A stretch of DNA of 62,992 nt, the filler included, from Folioceros fuciformis (Eukaryota): assembly GCA_049999805.1 (NCBI GenBank). It is 5 parts of 5 records of this genome, joined end to end, with 100 filler letters (N's around TTAATTAATTAA, not from the genome) between each part and the next. Parts side by side here need not be neighbours in the genome. Positions count along the whole stretch, not along the records: positions 16,229 to 47,644 come from JBNGIO010006415.1; 4 more parts are not named here. The stretch is one strand, 5' to 3'. The notes under the pieces are model-generated. The model was not told the origin of the DNA. It ran no database searches and saw nothing but the letters and a program-made list of their open reading frames with translations. The number at the start of each line of letters is the position of its first letter. Position 1 is the first letter of the stretch. The position numbers were made by a program, and so were the translations under genes. Below, in pieces: positions 21,885 to 33,366 of this stretch.

Positions 21885-23100
21885 TCACTTCCCTGATCCC
21901 TTGTAGAACTGCATGGTGTCACATCGGAGGCTCTGCCGAGTGTCCACACCAGTCAAGGAATTCACCCCAGCTGCCCGCTGGCAGAGTTGCTTCACCTGCG
22001 AATAAGACGCATGAATGGTAAGAGTGAGTCCGAGAAGGAGTTGCAACCGTTGCCAACGGTGGGTGCTGGATGTGCTAGGGAGTGGTGTGGGTGGTGCCTG
22101 GAATTTGTCGATGATGGCATCGGTGAAGTCCGCCCCGGTTATATTGGCCCCGGCTAAATCTGTGAGAGCCAGCCATGCCCCTCGAAGAATTGCATTGCAC
22201 AGGTTTGACTCGTTCAGAACAGCTCTATCGATAAGAGCATCTGATAGGTTTGCCTCTTCAAGATTTGCCCGGTAGAGGACCGCCTGTTCACAGGGAAACG
22301 CTGACTGAGATTATGCACTTCATCATCCGAAACCTGATATGCATTTGACACACAGGTAGCTGGACATGCAGAAGCAGTAGCCTGACTCCTGAACAATGAA
22401 CTAAACGCTCACCTTGGTGAACATGGCTCCTCGCAGATCCGAACCGTGAAGATCAGTCCCTCTTAGCTGAGCCTCCATGAATGTGGCTCCAGCAAGGTCT
22501 CTGCATGACAGGTCTTGCCCATTCTTCTCAGCGAAAGACTCGTTGATTTGCTGAGAACAGACACACATGCGGTATGAGCCACAACCCCTTTCTTCTTCAG
22601 GCCAACAATGCAGCGCCCCATAACAACGACCATGGCAGGTTCCCATCAAACCCGTGCCTCCTGGAACCCTCTACCTTCGAGTTCTGACCCAAAAGGAGAG
22701 GAAACTGATTGGTTGCTGTTCCACACACCTCCTGGACGCGCTCTTCCAGTGGACACAGAGATGATCGTTCTCTCGCACCCACTTGCCCATCTTCCTCATC
22801 CTCCAGTTCAAGGGCTGCGGCCTGATGTAGCCCGAACCCAAAGCTGTAGACCGGTGCAGCTTGTGCGCTGGTCTGTCGGTCCACCCATGGCCAAAGCCCG
22901 TTCCAATGCCAATGCGAGGGCATATGGGCCAGGTCACATGAGCTGGCAAGCACAGCCCCGGCAACACAGACAGCAGCTAATCTTTGCTGAAGTTGACAAC
23001 ATTGCACAGGAGACGCACGAGCGCAAATGGTGGGATTCGCTGAGGTCAGGAGAATGCACCGATGGTGCCCAAGGCTCCGGGTACTCAAACACCGAGCCAT
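21885..23100 (-). CDS. Pentapeptide-repeat protein, thylakoid-lumen type
   Basis: A(D/N)LXX repeats (DLAGATFMEAQLRGTDLHGSDLRGAMFTK, ANLEEANLSDALIDRAVL, ANITGADFTDA) and C-terminal LC...TGVDTRQSLRC. Spliced; start position inferred. Confidence 0.82.
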
Positions 23101-23583
23101 TGCAAAGCGCGGAAGACAGGAGAACCATGCCAACATATATTTCACGTTCCTTCAAGAGTTGGTGTGTATCGGGGCCTTACGATCCGGCCCCATCCTGCCA
23201 ATCCTCCCCAAACTTCCTATCTAGTTTAGAGGATTTTCAGAAGTCCCAGGCTATGCAAGCCTTAGTCGACATGGTTAGCCCGTGCACTAGAAATAGCTCT
23301 GCCGAGCCTTAGCTAGACAATAGGTATCCCTTCCCGTTGCATCTAGAGGCACGTCTTTTGGCCATAGGGTAATCTCCGTGAGTGGCATTACGAGGGAGTT
23401 GGGCTCACTCTACCTCCATCCTAGTCTCCATTTCATCATAAGATATTTAACATTCAGTATTCAGTGGTCCTTTGTTGCAAACTAGAGAAGAACATTTCCT
23501 GTCTCTGTGCATCACTACAGCTACCCACAAACACTGCCACTCTCTTGCCCTTACTTGCTTCTCTCTTTTGAGGTGGTGGAATT

Positions 23584-23687
23584 CGAGCATCCCTCCCTGA
23601 TAAATGTTATCGGCAGGAGGACTTCAAGCATCCCTCCTTGACAAGCGTTATCGATTAGAGGACTTCAAGCATCCCTCCTTAACAAGC
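23584..23687. repeat. ~41-bp tandem repeat (about 2.5 copies)
   Basis: Recurrent TTCAAGCATCCCTCC...GAGGAC units. Confidence 0.8.
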
Positions 23688-23941
23688 ATGATAGCAATTA
23701 AACTTGGTTCTTTGAATGGAACAAAGGTCAATTTGATAAAAATGTGAATTGTTATTAATAAAAATAGATGAGGGAAATCTTATTTTTATAATATTATAAA
23801 AAAATCAAATGAAATAAAATTGGCTTGAAACTATTGCATAGAAGAGCGAGACTTCCTAACATCTAAGGCTATATATGTAGACAAGTAGTAGCTCAATTCT
23901 TATGAGATATTATTGCTTGCATCTAGAATTTTGTGAGATCC

Positions 23942-25039
23942 ATGATGGCACGAAATGTGATTATCATGCTCATGTTGTTCTTTGCGATCATAGCTAGTCC
24001 AACATGTGTGATGTCCAAAGAGTCGGTGATAGAAGATGTCCCACTTGGAAATGCTTTGAAGAATGTGTCTTCCGAAGGTGTAGATTTGGCCAGCATATTT
24101 GAGGATTGGATAGTGAAGCATGGACGAGTTTACGAAGGACTCGAAGAGAAGTCACTCCGCTTCGAAAATTTCAGGAACACCTACAATTACATCAAGAAGC
24201 GCAACAAGGAGGTTACCTTCACTTTGGGTTTGAACCAATTTTCTGACTTGACAAATGAAGAATTCAAGAGCAAATATTTTGCTACAAAACTTCCGAGTTT
24301 CAATAGCAGCCATGTTGCTCGTAGGTCGTCCAGGCATAATGCTAAAGAGCTAGAAGATCTCCCAATCTACTTTGATTGGAGGGCTCGACCTTTGCAGCCC
24401 GTCGTCATAGCAGATGCCAAGGATCAAGGTCAATGTGGCGATTGTTGGGCATTTGTTGCAACAGGACTCGCAGAAACTCAACATGCCATAGATACTGGTG
24501 TTCTAGTTTCTCTTTCAGAGCAAGACCTTATGGATTGCAATGGCTATGGAGCTGGTTGTGCTACTGGTTTAGCCATAGAGCTAGCTGTCATGCACATGGT
24601 TTACTATGGCAATGTTCTTGAAACAGATTATCCATATACTGCAGTGAAAGGACCATGTAAAAGGGTTGGCCGCACTTCTGTTGTGCCTATTAGCAACTAC
24701 ACCTCTCTACCAACACTCGACAGAGATGCATTAGCTCTTGAAGTATTCCGCCATCCAGTCGGAGTTGGGATAGTAGGGAGTGCTCCAGATTTCCAAAGTT
24801 ATAAACGTGGCATCTTCTATAGTGACAATTGTGATGCAAAGATGGATCATGCCTTGTTAGTCATTGGATGGGGGACAGGATTGATAGAGTCTGAAAAAGG
24901 CATTAGATACTGGATTTTGCGCAATTCATGGGGTCCAACTTGGGGTGACGGCGGCTTCATCCGCATAGCACGAGATGTGAGTGCACCAGAAGGTGTGTGT
25001 CATATGTACAAGACCATGGGATATTTACATACCGATTAA
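23942..25039 (+). CDS. Intronless papain-like (C1A) cysteine protease with signal peptide and I29 prodomain
   Basis: Signal peptide, ERFNIN-like EKSLRFENFRNT, GLNQFSDLT, catalytic QGQCGDCWAF, DHALLVIGWG and YWILRNSWG in a single ORF. Confidence 0.93.
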   Translation: MMARNVIIMLMLFFAIIASPTCVMSKESVIEDVPLGNALKNVSSEGVDLASIFEDWIVKHGRVYEGLEEKSLRFENFRNTYNYIKKRNKEVTFTLGLNQFSDLTNEEFKSKYFATKLPSFNSSHVARRSSRHNAKELEDLPIYFDWRARPLQPVVIADAKDQGQCGDCWAFVATGLAETQHAIDTGVLVSLSEQDLMDCNGYGAGCATGLAIELAVMHMVYYGNVLETDYPYTAVKGPCKRVGRTSVVPISNYTSLPTLDRDALALEVFRHPVGVGIVGSAPDFQSYKRGIFYSDNCDAKMDHALLVIGWGTGLIESEKGIRYWILRNSWGPTWGDGGFIRIARDVSAPEGVCHMYKTMGYLHTD

Positions 25040-26104
25040 AACACTGAAGTTTGAATTTGAAGCAAATAGATAATTGATTGTTAAGTGGATAATTCAGTTT
25101 TGCAACTGAATTATATTTTTTTAATTCCATGATAATAATCATATCAATTTTATTCAATCTTTTTATTTTTTATTTTCTTTGATTGTTAAGTTCTTGATCG
25201 CTTAGTATGGAGAAAGTTTGCTCACCCATAAGGAGTACTTAGAAACCCTAATGTTTTTTTCAGGAGTACGTTGTAGTCTTCCCCACATCCGATAGAGAAA
25301 CCTAAGAAGTTCTGCATTGGGACCTTTGGGTATCGATTTTCAGATGTATGCCAGTTGAGTCAAAACCTCTAAGAGCTTCTGCATGCGGACCTCTTCATAT
25401 TGAATTAAGCACAGTTAAACAGGGCTTGCCCGGAAATTCAACAGGCTTATTGAAGCGGTACCTCAACGAAGATAAGCATTACACACCACAGACAGCAGAA
25501 AGCTCGAACAGAGGACACGGTCAAACTATCTCATTTAAGCTGACACACGATTCCGGAAGACCACTGCTGGTACCAAAGCAGGTCTGCATCCTTGCCGCTC
25601 AGTGCGTCAATCCTGCAAAGGCTTGTGTGCCACCGAACGTTAAGCAATTTTAAGCTAATCTTCTGCACAACTAGCTTGCTCACTAACTTTGACAGCAACG
25701 TTAAATGGCAAAATCCCACAGCGGCTCTAAAGCCTGCACACGGATTTAAAAAATAGTCTGCGAATGATAACGCTCAAATCGCAACAACTCGGCCGAAACA
25801 CAATCTCCCCATGATCTTGCCCCAGACGACAAAACTGTTATGGTACTACGTCTTCCTAACCGCTGCATGACGTTCAGTAACCCTTTGACAGACTTTCCCA
25901 ATATGCAATCTCACAAGGGAAAGAAGAAGAAAACCCAGCATGTACACTTCATGATGCCTTGCTGCATCAATTCAAATGGTGAGTGCCCAAGCACAGCTAC
26001 ACTGACCCGAAGCCTGCTACTCCCTTGTCCACCATCGGCTGCGGCCATGTGCGTAAGTTCCTTGTGAGCCGGGCCCGTAACTTGGGACGTCAGACAGAGT
26101 TCGC

Positions 26105-26716
26105 TCACATATCCATGTTGGCATCGTCTCCACCAGGCCTTTCCTGATTGTGCGGAGGGTTGTGACCGTAAGGCAGGCCGCCCCCCTGAGTGTATGGATT
26201 ATACGAGGTTGGAAAATCCTGGTGCCTAGGATACTGCGAATTGGGCTCGTGCAATGATTCCAATCCACCACCGACAGCCCCTCTCCTCTGCATCCCTGGT
26301 AAAGGAGCCCTCAACATCCCTGAAACCCCACCGACTCCACCCCCAGCCTGATGGTTCCCAGAAGCACCATGGTGTGCAAGCTGCTGTTGCTGCGGCACAG
26401 AAAACCCCCAGGGCTGCGCATGAGGGCCAGGCGGCGTTGCCACCTCATCCCGGCCAGACACCCCTTCCAACTGGCTCCGCAAATGGTCCAGAACCTGAGC
26501 TACCGTGGTGTTGGACCCCTGCTGCTGCTCCTTCTGCAGCCACATGTAAACCTTCTCTAACGCCTGTCGCTCCCCTGCCTGGAAAGCGATTTTGTGCTGC
26601 TGCTGGGTTTGTGTATACATGTGCGAGATGGCATTAGCCGCTGCACAGAAGGACGTGAAGATAGTTCTCTCCACCTCGTCCATCCCCTGACTCTCTGCTT
26701 TCCTTTTCTTGGCCAT
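26105..26716 (-). CDS. Conserved plant protein of unknown function (UCP009193-type, often labelled 'holocarboxylase synthetase')
   Basis: MAKKRK..DEVERTIFTSFCAAANAISHMYTQ..AFQAGERQALEKVYMWL matches the recalled family consensus. Q/G-rich tail; single exon. Confidence 0.75.
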   Translation of the reverse strand: MAKKRKAESQGMDEVERTIFTSFCAAANAISHMYTQTQQQHKIAFQAGERQALEKVYMWLQKEQQQGSNTTVAQVLDHLRSQLEGVSGRDEVATPPGPHAQPWGFSVPQQQQLAHHGASGNHQAGGGVGGVSGMLRAPLPGMQRRGAVGGGLESLHEPNSQYPRHQDFPTSYNPYTQGGGLPYGHNPPHNQERPGGDDANMDM

Positions 26717-27689
26717 CCTGCCTTCCCTGCACNNNNNNNNNNNNNNNNNNNNNNNNNNNNNNNNNNNNNNNNNNNNNNNNNNNNNNNNNNNNNNNNNNNN
26801 NNNNNNNNNNNNNNNNNNNNNNNNNNNNNNNNCCTCCAACTGCTTCAATTGATCTCCTCCACCGCCTCTCGCAAGCACGCCCTCATAACGACCCCGTCAC
26901 TGCAGCAGACCAACAGCACAACCATATTCCACCGTCAGCGGGGGCTCGCCACCAGCAACACAGGGATAAGCAAAACACCGCAAAGGCAGAAATCCGGGGC
27001 CGGACTGGGAAGACTCACGCACGTCGCGGCTCACTCCCTGGAGACCACAGCTGTCCGGGGGGGCCAGATCCGTGCCTGCGGCCGCGATTCTGCTGGTATA
27101 CTGCTCTTGCACCTCGCGGCCGCTAGCCCTGCGTAAACAGAGTCCGGACGCCATCCGCCATAACATCGCCTGCGGGCCCACCTTCAGTGCGCCATACCCA
27201 TGTCCTCGTATACCAGAGTGCTTCAAGCTACTCTTCTACTGCATATGCTATGGTCCTGGCACGGGGGTACAGCCAAGAGAGGCGAGGGCTCCTGAGCTAA
27301 CTCAGATGATGTCACGCGGAAGCTGCCACTTCGCCTACTATCTCCCTGTCGACTCTACTTCCCTGATCACTGTCTCCATGCTGCGCACGTATTCAAATGC
27401 TTCCACCCTAACATCACACACGCTGTGCACAACCTAGAACTTTCGGACGGACTCGTCCGCTGATTTAGGGCCCAGGCTGAGAGCTGGAAGCATACTGTAG
27501 CCGAGCAAAGCAAAACATCAAGCCGATCACGATCCTGTGTCAATGACAAACATCTGCGTCTCGCTGAATGAGGAGCTAGCGTTCTCCTAACCTAGCTCTA
27601 CTTTTGGAATCCAAGGCGTGCCAGATAGCCTTGCCATTATCGAGTCATTTTGAGCAATGCTACATACGAGCTATGGTTGAGGCCCGGTT

Positions 27690-30600
27690 TCACAGCTTGG
27701 AGGGCTTCGGATACCATCCCCAGGGGTCTTCGGATGTGTACTTGGTCACTTGCTTCACAGACAGGTAGTTCTCAAGTCCCCTGCCATTCCGATAAGCAAC
27801 ATCGGTCAGTACTGGGCGGTTTTCTTGCTTCCGGAAGGGTTTGCTGGACGCGCGTTCTTACCACTCTCCCAGTTCCCGTCCGAAGCCACTGCGCTTCACT
27901 CCACCCCACGGTGCTTGACAGAAACATGGCTGGGAGCAGTTTATCCAGACGACGCCCGCCAGTAAGGCCTGCAAGATAAAGAGTTACCTCAGAGCTGGAC
28001 GTTTACAAGGTTACCAAGTTAAGCAACTCTTTCTGTCCTACGTAATCCAGTTATACGAGCGTGAGCTTGACTTACTTCAGAAACCCGTTTGCACCTCTCT
28101 TCATCCTTCGATATGACAGCCCCTCCGAGCCCGTACCTGCAGACATAAGCCCCTCGTTACAGACTTCTCCCTTCATTCCAGGAATGTGGAGTAAGGCATG
28201 AGAAACCTACTGTGTGTCATTGGCGTATTCGATAGCTTCTTCTTCTGTTTTGAAGGTTGTCACAGCCAGCACTGGTCCAAAGACTTCTTCTTTCCAAATT
28301 TGCATGGACTTCGTCACATTAGTGAAGACCGTCGGCTCCACGTAGTATCCTTTCTCCAAGTTCTGCAAGTGAGATGATGATAAGGAGTCAACAGACTGTA
28401 CACTTAGACTCTGATCCAGCTCACATTGACTTCATCAACCACTTTCACCTTGGGCCGCTTTCCTCCACACAAAAGAGTTGCGCCCTCACTCTTTGCAACT
28501 TCAATGTACTTCAGAACCTTCTTGTACTGCAACAACCAGCGCACAAATGTTTTCGCTTTTGAATTATATTTAGGTCAATAAGTACGACCATGATATACGA
28601 TATGCTATAATGTGCATACCTGGCCCTCGCTAACCACTGGTCCGAGCCTGCAATCCTTTTCCAGTGGGTTTGTGATCTTGATGCTCTCACACCAAATCTG
28701 CAGCTTCTCGAGGAACTCTGCAGCTATTCCTTCCTACAAAGGCATGCATTGAAATCTCAGAGACACTGCTCTTCCGAGAACTACATTCAACTTAAGAAAC
28801 GAGAACCTAAAGGAAGGCCCACCTGGATCAGGAGGCGGGAAGTAGCACTACAAATCTGGCCATTTGTCCAAAATGCACCAAACATGGCCCACTCCACAGC
28901 TGCAGACGAACTCAATTTGAATCAGACCCAGATTTGTCTGTGCTCACAGCCGTTGAAAGAACAAGCAACCAAAAAACTAAGCTGGAGCAAGGGCCGATAT
29001 TATATGACCTTTAGTGACATCTGCATCGTCAAACACAATGATGGGACTCTTGCCACCCAGTTCCAGGGTAACAGGCTGCGCAAATTGGCTATGAATAGGC
29101 TTAGCAAAAACATTCAAGACCAACAGAGGAAGAACATTTCACGTTCTTCAGAGTCCATGGTCAAAAGATTCATGTGCCAATCGTATGCAACCAACCTTGA
29201 TGGTTGCCGCTGCTGAGGTTGCAACAGACTGCCCTGTGGCTGTGCTGCCTGTGAAGGCTATCTGTCGTTAAGTTAGAAGCAACTCGAAACAATTAGTTAC
29301 GGTGTGACCCAAAGCCATCCTTATCAAATGCCTGCCTATTTCGCGAAGTCTGCAAGCAAACATGTGTCCTTGAAGGCAAACAGCTGACCTTATCAACATC
29401 AGGATGCGATGCTAGAGGTGCACCTGCATCCTTGCCCAGACCAGTTATAATATTGAAAACTCCTGGGGGCAGACCAACATCCTCAATGATTTTCGCAAGT
29501 TCTAGGCACGTCCTGCATGCAAATACCCCAGAAAAATTAGCAAACTCTGGGACATATTCACTGTAACGTCAATCAGGAGTTGCATGGGAAGACAATCATA
29601 CACAGAGGACGTCTCTGAAGGCTTCAGCACCACCGTGCACCCCGCTGCTAATGCTGGAGCAACCTTCCATGTTGCCATCAGAAGCGGATAATTCCTGCAG
29701 ACAGCTTTTACCGGGTCAGTGCATATAAAATCTGAGTGACCTATCGACTGAACTGGGAAATCAGAAACACCATGTTGATCTCAGACCATAATTACGACTG
29801 ACCATGGAGTAATGAGGCCAACAACCCCTATGGCTTCCTTCAACACATAACTCTTAAAACTGTCCATGGGAAGCTCAACAGGAGAATATTGTTTGTCATC
29901 CAAGGCCTCTGCAAGGCCAGCATAGTAGTCAAAGCAACCTGCAACATCATCCTATGGACCGCAGAATCAGAAGCACAGTTCAGACATCCTACAACGTACA
30001 AGCTTTCAGTTCCTCCCATTGAAAATTCAAGGACGTCCAAAAGCACCAGTACCGGCACAGAACAATCCTCAAGGAAGAGGGGCATTTACCATGTCCCATT
30101 CTGCTTCATCAATGGGTTTGCCACAATCCAGAGTTTCCAGGCGTGCAAGCTCTATTTTTCGCTCCTGGATCTGGCGTCACAAGATACAGCACGAACATGC
30201 AACTTGCTAAGCTCCAGGTAACTAAGATGGACCACGACGATACTCGTCCTCCTTACGTCGTACATGCACACAACGATAAGGGCAAGCATCCCATGGGTGG
30301 CTTCCACTTACAGCGCAAATAAAACGCACGGCCCAACAAACCTTAGCAGAAATAGCTCGAAGATATTTAGCTCTAAGCTTTCCGGATGCCTTAGCCCAGT
30401 CTCGCCCCTTGTTTCTCACAAGAGCCAATCTGGCAGCTCTTACGGCTGCGTCCACATCTTCAGCAGTTGCTGCCGGAATGTCCCCTGATAACCACGTCGA
30501 CAACCATTCCCTGGTGATGAGGTGCTTTGATTTGAACAGCAGGGACAAGCTACACCACACTAACTCATCGCAACCAGCACTCGCTGCAACATCTCAAGAC

Positions 30601-30713
30601 TGACCGATTGTCTCCTCAGTCGCCGGATTGATCACAGGAATACGGTTGCTCTGTATTGGAGACGCCCATTTGCCGTCGATAAAGAGCATCCGAGATGGAA
30701 TGTGGATTACCAT
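27690..30713 (-). CDS. ALDH10: ALDH10 aminoaldehyde/betaine aldehyde dehydrogenase with PTS1 (SKL)
   Basis: Multi-exon. [52 protein letters not shown], catalytic [32 protein letters not shown] and [10 protein letters not shown]. Confidence 0.95.
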
Positions 30714-31207
30714 GGCCACCCCAACAGAACACCGCGGCCAGTGGTTCCGCCTTGATCAACACCCACTGCACTGCACGAAGGCCGGCGTGAAACCGCCCAG
30801 TCTCTCCCACGCCAAACGTGATGGCAGGTACTGCTTCCAGGCGTCGCACACCCTTCGAGAACGGGTCCTTACATCCTAAGACAACCTCGGGCACGCTTGC
30901 CGGTGACAAGTGTATCGAGGAATTTTGAGTTTTTCCTTCTGCTGGGGCACACTTTGATTCTTCTACTGGAATACTTCACAGATACTACACAGAATCTCTG
31001 ACCGGTTATCATCCAACATACGACATTTTTGGAATTGCAATTCTCCACTGGAAGGCTGTACTTCACTACGAGTACAAGCTACTGTACATGAGAGACGGTC
31101 ATGCACTCCTGCACCATGGTTACTTTGCACGAGTGAAGCTTTAGGTTCTTCTCCATGACAAAGGAACTAAGGTCCGAGCAAAAAATGGGCCACAGAACTC
31201 ATGTGGC

Positions 31208-32289
31208 TTAAGATGGCCGCCGACGACGATTCTGCTTCCTCCTCAGATGCTCGTAGGCGTCAGTGATCTGCAGCACAAGTACAGTGGTGTGATGTTCTCT
31301 TGCCAAGGAGGCAGGGGGAAGGGGGGGCTTTGCCAGATGCTCATGTGCGCTCTGCAACCATTTGAGCGTGTAAGAAGGATAGGACCTGTAAGAACACAGT
31401 CTTGACATAAATGTGCTTGCTGGGAGGATGCTTGTCAGGGTGCCTGCCACAACCGAGCCACCTCTTGCTCTGAGAAATCCTCACTCAAGGGAAAACACAT
31501 GCAAGTAATAAGCCTGGTTCACCAGAATCACACAGCCGGCAGACTAACCATTCCAAGGCCAGCTCGTGATAAGCTTTCTGCACTTCCGCCCATGTCGCCC
31601 CCGGTGAAAGACCTAGAGTAGCAAAATGGGCGTCGTCGTCCTGGAAGTCATACGGGTCCATCTCAGGTGGTGGCGATCCGTACTCTGGGCCTGGTCCTTG
31701 CGGAACATTGGCTGCCAGCATCAGGCCCACTGTGATTGTCAGCACTAGGGCCCCAGCGAAATTCTGCAAAGAAGTCCGGCGAATTCGCCTCCTCAAGTCG
31801 GACGTGATAGCTCTGCAGACGACACTGCCCCTTCGTCATCCACTGCAGGCAGGAAGGAAAATGTGTAAGCGATAAGGTAGGACGCACTCACTTGGGAGAC
31901 CGCCAGCAGTAAAGGAGAACACAATGCCCGCAGGAAATGAACAGCGGGAGCAAAACGTAGTAGGCCGCAATCGTGCCGATACCCCAGAGGACGAGCCCGG
32001 GCAGAGAGATGTCTATCATCAGCAACGCCATGAGGCCTATTTCCGTGGCCCAGGAGCGGAAGTAGCGCAACAAGAATCAAAGGCGTCGGAGTGTGATCTT
32101 CCAGCCCTCCTTACTGTCGTCATGAAGGCTTGCACATATCGACCTCACTGGTGCCGTAAGCCTCAAGTCGTGTGAAATCCAGGAGAAGTTCGACCTGTTC
32201 CACCTGTATAGCAGCAGGTTGCCGTCATTGAGCATCTCTGTCCTGAGCCCAGGTCTTGGCTGTGGCCCCGGGCTAGCAGCGGACCCCAC
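31208..32289 (-). CDS. Membrane-anchored DnaJ-domain protein; upstream frame contains an in-frame TGA
   Basis: HFATLGLSPGATWAEVQKAYHELALEW|HPDKHP...ITDAYEHL J-domain across exons, with hydrophobic segments upstream. TGA at 32077-32079 in the first exon frame; start uncertain. Confidence 0.65.
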
Positions 32290-32524
32290 GGAGGGTGACG
32301 TCGATGGACCCGCAGCTCACAACCAAGTTTTGGAAGATACGCTGTGCAGTATGGGCAAGACCACGGCAAATAATTTTTCCTTGGGGCTTAAAGCCAGTCT
32401 CTACTAGGATTGAACGAGTGCTAAGCTTAGGAGATGTCATATAGGTAGTTAATACGATAAAGAGCTTGACTGTAGAAAAGGCTTTAACCAATTATAGCTT
32501 AAGCGTAATGAAGAGGATCCAACG

Positions 32525-32678
32525 CACTATGCCCTCACGAACAAGATACAAAAGCCAGAAATGTTGAAAGGGATTCAATGCACTGCACCCTCATGAACAA
32601 GATACAAAAGCCAGAAATGTTGAAAGGGATTCAATGCACTGCGCCCTCATGAACAAGATACAAAAGCCAGAAATGTTG
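32525..32678. repeat. 57-bp tandem repeat (about 2.7 copies)
   Basis: CCCTCA(C/T)GAACAAGATACAAAAGCCAGAAATGTTG occurs three times. Confidence 0.9.
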
Positions 32679-33366
32679 CACCCACGATCTTATCTTTGCA
32701 TATAGGAACAATAAAAAAAATACCAAAGCCCCCAATGTTCTAGAGCTTTGTCATGCTTAAGTAGTTTATGACAATCACAATGTTTAGTTTCTTGGTTTAT
32801 CTTCCTATGTTTCCTTCTATCTTCCACTCATGTACAATGTTGTTTAAAATATTAGAGTTCATACAACATGGTTTGCAGTTTTTGTCCCAAAGGACCGAAG
32901 CAGGATTGTCTTCAGTGGGAAAACTTTTGTGCGCTCCGTAGCTTAACGGAATCTACAAACGTTTGGCGTTCGCAACTTGTGATCAGTAGGAAACCTTGGT
33001 ACACCATGGGTTAAATGGCTCCTGAAGGGACTCTATGAATCGAGAGTTTGAAGTTCATATGCCAGAGTTCAGGTCTGTACACAATATGGGTTAAATGGTT
33101 ACTGAAGAGACACCACGTGGAACGATTCTCGGTTACTGTCGAGCTATGCTTGAGAGTGTGCATGTTCGATTGATCTGTGCGAGGAACGTTGAGCTTCATG
33201 CGGAGACGGAGGGATGGAGCATGTTCTGGCGGCAGTGTGTCGGGACTCCAATTGGTGGAATAACAGGATCTGTTACAGCGTGCTTGATTCGAAGGTGTGC
33301 ATCTTTGGAGGACGATGAAGACTCGAGAGGCAGCAGCCTTGCTACAGATTCAGGCCGTGACAGGGA

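Noticed and set aside
32525-32678. Short repeated units (also 23584-23687 and ~56755-56860) as possible CRISPR-like arrays
   Set aside because: Plain tandem duplications without unique spacers, in a eukaryotic context with no cas genes.
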